A stretch of 64,000 nt of DNA from Psammoneis japonica (taxonomy: Eukaryota): the NCBI GenBank assembly GCA_008632985.1, contig QPGO01000029.1, forward strand, positions 446,874-510,873. Direction: 5' to 3'. The notes under the pieces were generated by a model. The model searched no databases, had not been told where the DNA came from, and saw only the letters and a list, made by a program, of their open reading frames with translations. This document shows positions 49,030-61,019 of the stretch, piece after piece; position 1 is the stretch's first letter, and every line of letters starts with the position of its first letter. Made by a program: the position numbers and the translations under genes.

Positions 49030-49330
49030 ACTCTATCTCTGTACTGTAGAGCTAGGTACAGCAGGGCCCTACTCTAGACTACTCTAGCTACTCTAGAGCT
49101 AGCTAGAGTAGAGTCTACTGTACTCTCTCTAGTAGCTAGCACTCTACTCTCTCTACTCTACTAGCTAGCTAGAGTAGTAGCTCTACTCTAGAGAGTAGCT
49201 ACCGGTAGACCTGGTTCTAGCTAGAGTAGTCAGAGTCGGTCATGGTGATTGAACTGACATCTCTATCTCTCCAACCTTTCTTTTTTCTAGCTCTAGAGAG
49301 AATCCAGTACAGCATTATAAACCTTTCTTT
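49030..49330. repeat. Low-complexity CTAG/CTCTAG/TAGAG-rich intergenic tract
   Basis: Dense actctag, ctagctag and agagtag words. Confidence 0.8.
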
Positions 49331-50085
49331 TTCCTAGGTCTAGAGAGAGACTCCAGGACAGTATTTTTTTAATTTTAGCAACAAGCCTCTCCGCGAGGCG
49401 AGAGCCGCCTCCGCCGCTTTCTGGATTCTGGAATACAGAAAGTGGATAGTATAGTTCAAGAACAGGTTGGGACATTCTTGAGAGACTTCAGTAGCTTCGT
49501 ACATAGGTAAATCAAACTCGCTTGAACCTAAGGACCTTTCGTCTTTCGTCTATCTGTAGTAGCAGAATGAAATATCCGAAACAAGAGGAAGCATCCACTC
49601 CACCATGGCGTGCATTTTTCGGGTAGCGAACTCCATTAATGTGTCAAGCTCTATATCTTATCCAAAGCCAGTATTATGCATTGTGGTTTCACCATCGTTT
49701 CCAATACCGGTATCCTTTTGTGAGAGCCAAGGGGGAGATGCTCAATCAGAACAAGCTACATAAGCGTTCATCAATACAGTTTGAAGTTAGTACGACTAGT
49801 GTAGAGCTAGTTAATTACGGATTGTTCGCCTGAGTTTTTTTCCACAATAGGCACGAACAGAACTTCACTTGAAACAAAAAGATCTATACATAGTTGCTAT
49901 ACTAACTAGCTGCTGTCGACATTTCTGGTACATTTTCAGCTCAGGCTGACCACATTAAAAAAAAAGAATACAAGCCACTCGTGCAAAGCCACACGGGCAA
50001 GGCAAACTTTGCTGGGCACGTTTCGATGTGAAAGCGCCTCATTATACAAAGCCACTACCAACAACACAGATGAACATGGTCAATT

Positions 50086-51793
50086 CTACGCATCGCCCTT
50101 AAAGTCGCCAACCGGAGTGACAACACTCCCACCCCACGCCGCACTCGACAAGAGCTGCAGAGGAGAATCGTCACGATAGGCCTGGATCCGTCCATGCGTA
50201 TTTTTGCATTCAATCAGTTCCTCAACAAACTTGTCAATTTTGGCACGTGTTACATTTGGCATGACAACCACGTGAGCAATATCCTCCTCACAAGCCAACT
50301 GCCACCTCTTGATCAAGGTGTCGTCCATGGGTCGCTCCAAGACAACCGTGGAACTCAAATCGTTGAGGCGACAAGACAAACCAGCCTCTGTGATTTTATC
50401 ACGAAGGTATCTAGCCGTCTCCATGCAATGACTGAAAAGCAACAAGGACAATTGAGACACTATTCATCAATTCAGCACTCGGCGCATTTCACTCTTTCAA
50501 AATCAAAACTTACATGACATCTCGCTCAATTCCACCAATTCCCTTCTTCCGGAGACTGTACCATAGGTAGAGTGCCGCTTGTCCGTTTCGGCTTCCCATA
50601 ATTGTCGTATCGACGCTATTGAGGTAATCAATACGCTGCTCCACCTTTTTCACGTGCTCCTTTCGGCTTAGCGCAATACCACAAGGCATGGGACAACCCA
50701 ACATTTTGTGTCCACTCACGGCAATGGAATCAATCGGCTTGCGAAATGACACTTCGGGGGCAAAATCGACAAAGGGCATCATCATGGCAAACAGAGCGCC
50801 ATCGCAGTGAATGTGGTATCGTTCACGAGGGATATCCAGCATTTTGAGTATCCTCAAGATGCGGTCCAGGTTATCCACCGCACCCTTGACTGTCGTACCG
50901 ATATTGACATTGATAATGACGGGCCGGTCTCTGTTTTTCTCAATTTCTTGAGCCAACAAATCGTAGTCAATCTCGCCCATGGGAAGCGTGGGGATGGATT
51001 TGGCATCCATGCGATAATAGCGAGCAGCCTTGAAGATGCTGTAGTGCGTCTCCTTGGAGGAATAAAGAATTCCATCCGGGTGGCACTCTCGAGCCAACAA
51101 AATACCGTGGAGATTTCCTTCTGTACCACAGGTCGTGACGTAACCCCAGTAAGAATCGGGTTCCATCTTCCAGAGTTTCGCAAAGAAATCAATAACAGCG
51201 CACTCAAACTGACGAGAGTGAACTCCGTAGTTGGACGTGATGAAGGGATCACCAAGATTGTTGATGGAGTATTTCATAAACTCGTAAAGCTCCTCGTGGT
51301 TGTACATGAGGTTGTAAGGGTATCCAAAGTGCACAGACGACTTTCTCTGAAGCATCCGATCATAGGCGGATAAAATGTCGCTTTCATCCGGAATCGACAG
51401 CCGTTCATCCTCAGTCGTGGGAATACGGACCGAATCGGTCGACAGCTTGGCTTCTTCCTCGGCTGTAAGTGGGTCAACAATGCCTTCTCCGGCACCCCAC
51501 GCGTCAAACACGGCCCAGGGAGACGGAGTTCCGGATTTAGATTTGTTGGAGGTAAAATCCTGCACTTGCTCGGCCGTGTTGTTGTCGAGATGAAACTCAT
51601 TGTCATGACTCTCCTCTTCTAAAATTGACTCTTCTTCTAAAGGAGCGGTGGACTTGGTTCGTGTTTGAGTCAGGCCGGCCAATGACCGAACAAATGCTGA
51701 AGAAACGCTCGCGGGACTTGCGGCAGCCACGGCTTTCGGAGCAGACAAGGCGGTTCTTGCCGCAGCGCGGCGGAGTAAAGCGGCAGGAAGCAT
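50086..51793 (-). CDS. PLP-dependent group II decarboxylase (serine/histidine decarboxylase family), 2 exons
   Basis: HFGYPYNL, INNLGDP, YWGYVTTCGTEGNLHG, HCDGAL, SGHKMLGCPMPCG (PLP lysine) and TIMGSRNG. Arg/Ala/Ser-rich presequence. Intron ~50433-50512. Confidence 0.93.
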
Positions 51794-52513
51794 GATGGTC
51801 AAAAGGCTACAAGTGAAAGCTTCTTTTGATTACAAGTCACAACGCTGGAGGTGCGTATGGAATTTCTTGAGCGTGGTAAAAGATTGCAGAGGTAACACTG
51901 CATGCAGAGCAATGCGTCGTCAGCGTTTTGTGAGGTTGAAGAGGTGCTTGGTGCTTCGCGTGATGACCCGGCCGATTTGATCGGCCAGCATCGAATGCCG
52001 CCAAGCGGGAGACGGACGTACTCCTACGATGACTCTCTACCGGTAGTTCCTAGAGATAGATAGATAGCTTAGAGAGTATTCCTTCTATCATACAGTACTT
52101 CTATCTACGGAGCTGGTGCTTCCGTCCGGCACTTACTGGTCCGGCACGTGGCACACCTTGGTCATTCCCGCCATTTTTCTGCTGAATCTGATTGGACATT
52201 CGACGTCATTGGTCGCTCTGTGAGTCGTGCCCAATTTTTAAAAATTGCCAATCAGTTGCCAAGAGCAAAAATCCATGATCATTTCATTCGCATCATCTTT
52301 GACTTTCCTTGGACATCCGAGCAAAATACTGTATACACTGTTTTTGACTTCAGAGTCTTGCAGTCAGAGATTTCTCTCCGAGGCGCTCTCTCAGCAGAGA
52401 GGAACTCGCATCAGGGTTCGCATCGTGATGCGCGTTGGCACATTTCCTGCGCGAGGCTTCTCATTTTCGAGCATTGTCCTGTTTCTTGCTTTTGCATCAC
52501 CAGCTTTGCGACG

Positions 52514-53434
52514 ATGCGTGTACCTCGTTTCTTTTTTCTTATTCTACTGTGCCTGTCGGGTTCGCATGCCAGTGTGATCTTTAAAGCGGCATCTTTGACC
52601 GATGCCCAGCGAAAGCCGTTTGTCGTCGACAAGCAGAAAGTCGTTTTGGCAAGCAAGGGGACCAGCGCTCATGAGAGCGTGATGCAGCTTCGCGGAGGCG
52701 CGGGTCCTCTCGATCCACTCAAAACGGCCAAGTTCTTGACGTATTTCATCTCCTCCCAAGCACTCTTGATGAACCTTACGCCGGGCTTTTTGTTTGATTG
52801 GTATGGCGGATCTCCAAGTCCGTTGAACCTTCGTTTGGTTCAGACATATGGTGTTGGCATACTCGGCGTTCTCATCATGGCTTATTGTCTCTTGATACGA
52901 GACACTCCGTTGTCAACAGCGTATCGAATGTCAGAAATACCGTGGACTTTCGAGTGTCTTCGTAACCTTTGGAAGGAAGATCATGGTTCTGCCGTGGGGT
53001 TTACGACGAGTGGGCAGGTCGTGGGCTTGACGACATCCGCATTGATCATGTATGCCACGACCCAAGACTACGCCGAAACTGTATTGAAAGCCGCCACTGT
53101 GTTTTGGGTGTTAAACGGAGCATACTTGATTGCACAGCCAGAGCAAGCGGCCAAAATGTTGTGGGGGACGTTTCCCACCTTTGATGCCACGTCCACTCTC
53201 ATGACGCGCATGATCGGATTCAACATGTTGGCCCACAGCGGATTTGCGGGTTCCATACTGTTTCAGAAGCTTGATAAATTGACAGCATTTGGTATTGGAT
53301 ATTCCAGTTGGTTTATCAAACTGATCAGTCTGCAGCTCATCACTCAGGACGTCCGAAAGGCTGGATTTGACAGCCGCTGGATGTATTTCTGGATATTGTT
53401 TCACGGTGCAATCGTTGCTACGATCTTGCTCTAG
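52514..53434 (+). CDS. Signal-peptide-bearing multi-pass membrane protein
   Basis: MRVPRFFFLILLCLSGSHAS signal, QLRGGAG motif and ~7-8 hydrophobic segments. Confidence 0.75.
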   Translation: MRVPRFFFLILLCLSGSHASVIFKAASLTDAQRKPFVVDKQKVVLASKGTSAHESVMQLRGGAGPLDPLKTAKFLTYFISSQALLMNLTPGFLFDWYGGSPSPLNLRLVQTYGVGILGVLIMAYCLLIRDTPLSTAYRMSEIPWTFECLRNLWKEDHGSAVGFTTSGQVVGLTTSALIMYATTQDYAETVLKAATVFWVLNGAYLIAQPEQAAKMLWGTFPTFDATSTLMTRMIGFNMLAHSGFAGSILFQKLDKLTAFGIGYSSWFIKLISLQLITQDVRKAGFDSRWMYFWILFHGAIVATILL

Positions 53435-53792
53435 AGATGCCAAGCCTGGCTCTCCAGAACTAGAGAGCGTGTAGGTAGAAAGATTACCAAGACTTTTACT
53501 CTTAGCCTGTTTTTTTTCCTTTAGAGTAGTTAAAGCCAGGGGACTCGCTTCATACCTTCCTTCCGATGAGTCGATTTAAAGGCCGGGAGGAGGAATGGGG
53601 CGGAATCGCTACTACAGCGAGAGGGCGCGGTGAGTTCCTGTGAACGCCAGCCTCTTCTACAATAATCACCTCTAGTTCTCGCTGATTACATGCGGCAGCA
53701 TTCGGAACAGATATCTTCCAACAGAACCAATCGAGAAGCACACTTCATAGTAACATCTACCGTTATTATCCAATTACACGACAGCTCACTGT

Positions 53793-55871
53793 CTAACGGT
53801 ACCTCACTGGCATGAAAGCCATGAATCGATCCAGTAGCTCAGGTTGATCTTGCAACAGTTCCACAAGCGATTCTTTTAAATTGGGGATCGAGCGATAACT
53901 CTTAATGCAAGACGCAATTTGAACCATAACATCCTGGCCCATCTTTTCCTTAACATCTAGCAGCAACTCCTTTGCGGAGACACGTCTCTCCTGGGTATCC
54001 CCAATCAGCTCCGATGTACTTGTCTTGGACCTGTGAAACAACATGGCACAACCATACAGGAGAATGTAAGAAAAGAATCAGAAGTGCGACCGAACAAGAA
54101 AACGACATTGCCGTACCAGTCACCAGTTTTCTTGTCGTCGCCACTTGTGCTTGCCCCGCTGCTCTTCTCAATACGACTGGGAGCAATGCTATCAAACTGC
54201 CTTCGATTTTCAATGCATTCCATCATGCGTACTGCCAGCTCCCGTTTCTGTTCCTTGTATCGGCGAAATTGGTCGGGTATCATGAACCGGTAGTGATAGT
54301 CAACGACATCCTTGAAGGTCTTTGTGCCCGCCATGCTTTGCTTCCCAATTTGCCTTAGTGAACCGGAATAACGCCGAAACCCAGTCTCAAACATTTCCTT
54401 CTCATGCGAGGTCCAGATCGTCAAGGCGTCTTGGGGGGACGCCTCCAAGGCCTCCAATGCCGCCTTTGTGTCGAAATTGTGCTTGACGAGCACCGACATA
54501 ACGACGTCCACCTTACACGCCCTTGTGAACTTTGCTTTACCTGTCAAAGAGGACTCAATGTCGTGCGGTGGATACGAAACATCTTTCGTAATGTCGTTTT
54601 GATCCAAATGTTTCCTCAGGATGCCCGACGCTTCTTCAAAGAAGACCTCCAATGAATCATCCTCTATCGCGTCTCTTTTCCACATCAACACCGGATTCCT
54701 CGTCGTTCGTGGCTGATCTGGATTACATGTCGGAACCGCAGCTTGAAACTCTGGTCCAACATGAATTCGACCCTCCGTAGTACTACCCTCTGTCTCCATT
54801 GGCCTATCATCCTCGCCCGATGAGCTAATGTCATCGTCGGAAGATATGGTATCGTTCGTTGGACTGCTACTGGCGCTGATCGGATCCTCAGCACGAATGG
54901 GAGAGAAAGTCGACCCACCACTCTTTTGGTGGCTCCCCATGTAGAGAGGCGAGCTCACAAAGTTGCTACGCTTGGGGCTGACAAGAGATCCGCTCTTGCC
55001 GTCTTGGTCAATGCGAGCCTTCTTTGGCGAAAGGTACTGCGTTGCCGAATCGCCAGCTGGACGCTTGCGCTGCATCGCCTTGGGAGTTCCTATCATGTTG
55101 GATGATGGCCATTGATCATTTTTTCCGCCGTAGGGCGTCAAGAAAACTTTTCCTAGATCGGATCCTTCCCCAAACGCAATGCTGTACCTACAAACAAAAG
55201 TTCCGTAGGGAAGCGAAGGTACCGGGTCCAAAGCATCATCTGCTACTGGTTTACGTTGCAAAACAGTGCACTTTCCGAGAATTGTAAGCACGTCGTTTTC
55301 ATCAGCTTGATTACTGAGGATGAGTTCTCGATTCGTCATGGACGAGAGCAACTGCTGACGCGTGACGGAGGTGCCTGAAAATGTGGTGGGCAGCTTGCTA
55401 ACATCGTCTTTCTGCGTTTGGGCGAGAAGCGAGGATTAAAGTGAGGGTACGCCCATTTTATATTATGAATCTTGTAAAAACCGAGAATGTGAATAACCTT
55501 ACCTTGAAGAACCATGTTGTTCGAATCCTCATGCACGCCTCTTCATCATCCGGGGATCCGGCTTTCGGATCATGCCACATGCGATCTACCCTCGCCACAA
55601 ATGCATCCACCGTTTCCCGTTGTTGTTGACGTGGAGAGTAGCAAATAATCTCGTCCGCAGTTCCGTAGAGCGACCGCTCTTTAGAGTCTCCTTCATCCCC
55701 ATTCTTCAATAAAACGCAATCTCCCACCCGCACAATCGACTTGATACCGTCTACTATCACTTCCAGCCCAAAGTGATCAAGGAGTCCATCGGACTTAGAA
55801 ACAACGCCTTTACCAATCCAAGAAAACGAAAGCTCGGTCCCTGACGAGGTAGTAACGCTACCAGGGGACAT
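53793..55871 (-). CDS. BAH + ELM2 + SANT chromatin co-repressor-like protein with a C-terminal PAH-like helical domain, multi-exon
   Basis: VRVGDCVLL..FVARVDRMW..IRTTWFFK (BAH), IHVGPEFQAAVP (ELM2), WTSHEKEMFETGFRRY..DVVDYHY (SANT) and ELLQDQPELLDRFMAFMP. Confidence 0.85.
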
Positions 55872-56229
55872 ATTCTATCAGTTTAGCTTCTAGTTGGATC
55901 CACCTAAAGCACTTCAGGAAGGTTTCTCTCTACCGTAGCGAGGTTATCACCGGTGTCATACCCAATACCCACAGCGGCACAGCGGCTCTTCGAGTCGGTA
56001 TTTCTCGTGGCACAAATTTGCGTAGTTTCTACACAAATTCCCCTCCGGGCCAATGCAACACGCCCGGACGACACAACTTAAAACTCCGGCTTGGGACAGG
56101 TCGACCGACGACACCCGGACGAGAACCGAGAACCCCTTCTTGCGACACACGGCCGCTCGACCGAACACTGTGCACCGTTTTCATCCATGAGGCATGTCTT
56201 GTTTTTGGTGCTTTATCCCGTACAATCAG

Positions 56230-57190
56230 GTGCCACCACTGGAAGCTCTAGTGCAAGGCATCGAGGAGGGAACCGCAGCAGCATCATGCGCAACCCCGAC
56301 CGCTCCCACAAAGATTGCACAGCAACAGCGGCGATGATGCTTCTCCCATCTTTGGGTCACTCCCATCATCACAGAGGGTTCAATCAGATGCCAGGGAAGA
56401 AACAAGAAATGACAGCCCACAGGGCGGAGCCAGGTGGGATCTACGAAGTGCTTCGACACCTGGCAGACCTCTGCGAACGGTGTGAGATCAGGAAAGGAAA
56501 CAAGGCAGTTGTGGGGTGTGGCTGTGACAATGGTCTGTGGACATGCTTCTACAACGACTTCAATGACCCAAAACAATGGAACCATGACTTGATGCAACCC
56601 ATGTGCAGAATGATCCAGACCCTGCCAATGCTTGCAGTGCCAGAGGAGGTGGACGGCCACAAAGACAAGGAAGCGCCGCTTCAAGAACTTGCTCCGATGG
56701 AACAACTGAACGTGGAAATGGACCTCCCAGCAAAGGTGCCTGGGAAGCACTTCACACAGAACTGGAGTTTAGATGCTGTGAAATGCTGGAACAACAAAGA
56801 TGGCACATGTGTCTGTGTGGTGGAGTTCAAACAACCTGGGATCATCAATGAATGATCGGACACATCTGCAGGCCCCCGGATGTGCAACACTGGATGGAAA
56901 AGCCAGGGTGTGAACCAGCACACCCTCCCACAGATTGGGAGGCACTTGGCAAAGCCATGCAAAGAGTGCCAACCTTTTGGAAACTCTGGCAACCCAAATG
57001 GGCAACCGGGTTTGCATCTGTCAATGGGGGCATGGAAAGGTGGAAGACTCTGCACACCTCAGCTTGCCCAAGATGTGGGGAACTGGAGGTGAATGTTGAA
57101 CATTTTCTTCATTGCCCAGCTTCATCAGCATTGTGGACAAAAAGATGGATGCGCTGGACACATGGTGAGTGTGGTGCATCAAAAAAATGA
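56230..57190 (+). mobile_element. 3' remnant of a non-LTR retrotransposon (RNase H plus CCHC zinc finger)
   Basis: MTAHRAEPGGIY..L..LC...GCDN and VDGHKD...EQLNVEMDLPAK (RNase H), followed by CPRCGELEVNVEHFLHCP. TpA-depleted. Confidence 0.75.
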
Positions 57191-57199
57191 GGCCACTGC

Positions 57200-60100
57200 C
57201 TGCCTTGCCAGGTGCTTGCTCAAAACCTTTGGAAATCTCTGCCAAGTGTGTTTTTAAACCAACCCAGGGGTGGCCAGAGCAGCCCATTGACACCTTGGAA
57301 AATTTGTGCTGAAGCTGCTGTTCCTGGCAGCTTGCATGCAACTGTCTGGGAAAATTTAGGATGCGGCAGTGCTGCAATTTGGGTGCAGGTGCAAGTGGCC
57401 ATCTGCTGACTTGGAGACTGTCAGTGCATTCATGGACTTGTTGTCTTTTCCTGCCAGCAGCAGACAAGCCAAGTTTCACCCCATTTGTGGGCTTTCGTTG
57501 AGTTTGCAGAGTTGTCTGGCCATTGCCAGAAGTCAAAAAGAACTTTCTGTGGATGGTGCCAGGAAGAAACTGGTGAGTTGGCACACACTGCTGGTGTGCA
57601 CAGAGCTGACATGACAGATTCTCAAACAAACAGAGTTGGGCAGCTCATCTGCTTTGCAGCTGCACTTTGCCAAGAAGCTTTGAGGAAAGCTTTTTGTTTG
57701 TCATGAGTGGAGAAGTTCACAAACACATGTGTGTGGAGCAATCATGCAGCTCACACAGCCAAGCATTTCTCAGCAATGAAGTGCACTTTTGCTGACTCAG
57801 AGATGGTCTTACAATGGTTGTCAACAGCAATCTTAGAAACTGCCCTCAAGCTCATCTCTGAACTCATCATGTGAGGCACTTGGCAGCTGGTGCTGTCTCT
57901 GTTTTTTTTTTTTACTGCCATGCTCCCCTGCAAGGGTGGCTTTCTTGCTGAGACAAGGAATCTCTCACACCTGTGTGCTGCTTTGGTTTCTTGCTGTTTC
58001 ACGTGCATGTGTCCCTTTCCAAATGATGATCTTGGAGCCATCTCCAGCCAAGTTTGGAGCTCTTTCATGTGAAGCAGCTTCTCTCCTTGCAGAATGGCAC
58101 CCCTCCTCAGATCCCAAGTGTGCTGGCATGGCTCATCTGCACTTGCCCCTTTTCCTCTTCTTTTTCAAGGGCATGGGTTGTTGGCACACCAGCAACCCTC
58201 TGACGTGACTGAGGTTGGTTGGGCAGCCCCTTTCAAGCATTGTCAACTGGAGCTTGGTGGCAAAAAATGGGGTTTGCAGATTGTGTGTTTGGGGCTCAGA
58301 GAAGATTGGCTCCTGTTTGTTTTTTGTTTCTGCACTCAAGCTGTCTCTCTTGTTGTTGCCACCAGCACAGCACAGTGCCAATTTCTGCACTGTGGTGTGT
58401 CTCCATCAAGGGGCTCATGGAACCACCAAATCCCCAGCTCTGTGACTTTGCACAGGTGTGCATTGCTGAGGCAAACCAAGGGTGGCACACATGTGAGTTC
58501 ATAGATTGGAAACCTGCAGAGGTGATTTTGGACATGTTTTGTGTGTGCTCTGATGTGTGCACAGTTCCAACCCAAGGAAAACCCTGTTTGATGCTGTGGT
58601 CACACTCATCAGTCAGAGCAAGCAACAACTCCAAAGTCAAGAAAGTCAACCCTCTGAACCCAAAAGTCAACCCACAGGACCTGAGCTTCCTGCTGGCAGA
58701 GTTTGTCTTGCACCTTGTGTGACCAGCTCCAACTTGAGCTGCAGAACATCAAGGTGAGCACCAACACAAAGGGGTGCCTTCCGCAGTGTTGCGGCAATTG
58801 CCAGTCTTTTGTTTGGGCTCACCCACCAGGACAACGTGCACTGAGGCCCACAAACCACCTTGAGCCATTTGCTCTCAAAATGCGCCAGGCCTGGCAAAGC
58901 AGCAACCCACCAAATTTGCTCAGCACAGCCCAGAAGGTCTCACAATCAGCCCAGCTGGTGGCTGGTTTGAGGCTGAAGTCATTGTGGGGAGTGCACCATG
59001 ATGGGTGGTTTTGCCAAAGGAAAAACTCTTTGTTTGCTTTGTTTCTTGGAATCATCTTTCTTGCCCTGCTTGGCTGCCAATCATTGACACCTTTGCCAGC
59101 TGACAAGGCTGTTCTTTTGTTGTTGTTGTTGTTGTTGTTGTTGCTGCTGCTGCTGTTGTTGTTGTTGTTGTTGTTGTTGCAACAAGAACACAACAAGCAG
59201 GTGGCCAAAAAGAGGTGATTGGGTCTGGAGCTCCAGCTCAACAAATGTGTTGAACTGACAAGCCAATGTCACCAAAAGGGAATCCTTTGAGGTTTCCTGT
59301 GCTGCTTCTTGTTGCACTTGCTTTGGTTCCCATGGCAGTCATGGTTTGTCTGCAAGCTCTTAACAAACTTTGATCTCAGTGCAACACAAAGGGTGCCTGC
59401 TGACACCACAATGCAACTTGTGTGAACCAGATGATTCACTCCAAAGAGTGAGATGCAAAAAGGTTGGTGAGATCAGTGATGGGTGCACATTTGTTTCCAA
59501 ATTGTCATCCCATCCACCATGTCAGGATCCAAAGCATCTTCTTTTCGGCTCAACAAATCTGCTTCTGGGTCTCTCACATTTCCCACTCATTCCAGATGCT
59601 CCAACAGGCTCCTGATGCTCGAAATGATGTTCCACTGTTCATGTGGTCCATGTCCATCAGACTCATTTTGGTCTTGTGGCTCACCAGTCTGCTCAAGACT
59701 CTTGGTGTCACCACTGCCACTTGCTTCAGGATTTTCAACATCCTGTGACTCACATTTGTGTGTGCTTGCCCTCATTGTTGTGGTCAATCATGTCATCCAA
59801 TGCATGTGCAGCTCTGTGTGGACTCTCCACAAAGTGCTCCACATGAGCACAACAACATTTCTCTTTCTTGTTCTTGTCTTCCATGTGCTCAAGCTGGTCC
59901 ATGACTCAACTGTTGATTGTCTCTGGAGTCAAGTCCAGATGCACCATGTCAGTGCAATGCCACCTCTTGAGGAGATGTGGCTGTCAGGTCTCAAAGCAAG
60001 AAAATGTTGCCAAGTTCCTGGCATCACAAACAACTCCTTCAGCATCCATCACAATTCTGCATCAATCTCGTGCATTGACAGGATCCAGCTCCTGGAACTT

Positions 60101-60950
60101 CAGGAGGGGACCACAAGTCCCATTCTTGCTCACACCAAAGGTGGTGGGAAATCTGATGTGCAGTTTCCAACATGACTCATTGATGTCAGTCTTGTCAAGG
60201 TGGAGCTGATCTTTTCCTCTTGCTCTGGCTGGCCCACCACTTGGGCTCTAAATGCTTTTCACCTGCTGGAGGTTGATCCTTCACACAGGTGCAGAAGTTG
60301 ATCTGCCTCTGGGAATCAGCTCCCAGGACTTGCCAAAAATCTTCAGTCTTGTGTGCCTTGGTGGCACGCTCCAGTGTTTGGGGTGCAATGCCAAGGACAG
60401 AGAACATTGGTGTGGCACCAGCAGTGAGACATTGTCTTGCACTTCATGACTGGCATCCATTTCCATCAAAGTGCCCACCAGTTTCTTCATTTTGTGGCAC
60501 CTCTGCAACCACAGGGCTCTCCATGGGCCCTTGTCTTCCCAATCTCCACACTGGGAAAACTGATTTGGATCCTTGACCCTCATCCTCTCACACAGTCTCT
60601 TGACTTCACATGCATCAGCAGCATTGCAATGAATGTGAGGACTGGGGTGGAATGAATTTCCCTGTGCATTGCTCTCATGCAATCCTTGGATGTGCTCCTC
60701 ATTGCACTGTGTCAATCTCTCATGTTCCTGCAGCTTCTCAAGGTTGTGGAACCTGCCCCAATGGTCCCACGGTTGCTGCTGTGTGTGGATCTCATCTCTG
60801 TCTCCCAACAGTTGTTGACCACCTTGCAGGATTGATCTAAAATCATGGTTGTCAATCATCTTTGTTGATTGACTGCAGCCACATGTTGTGGTTGACAATG
60901 AACCATTTGGTTTGGTGTGCCAGGGATCTGCCACCCACGTGTGTCAGAAT
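57200..60950 (-). mobile_element. Highly degenerate retroelement-like remnant (possibly DIRS-type RT near 58300-58700)
   Basis: Extreme TA and CG depletion. Weak RT-like trace SAGFQSMNSHVCHPWF...WGFGGSMSPL. Confidence 0.35.
59117..59180. repeat. (TTG)n/(CTG)n trinucleotide microsatellite
   Basis: A run of ttg with a central ctg block; reads as poly-Q or poly-N on the minus strand. Confidence 0.9.
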
Positions 60951-61019
60951 TCTTGTTTGATGTCACAAAGAACAAGACTCACACCTGTTGTGCTTGACGT
61001 CAACAGCCCAAGATGGCTT

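Noticed and set aside
58703..59218. ORF with a poly-Leu 'transmembrane' run
   Set aside because: Translation of a (TTG)n microsatellite inside degenerate repeat DNA.
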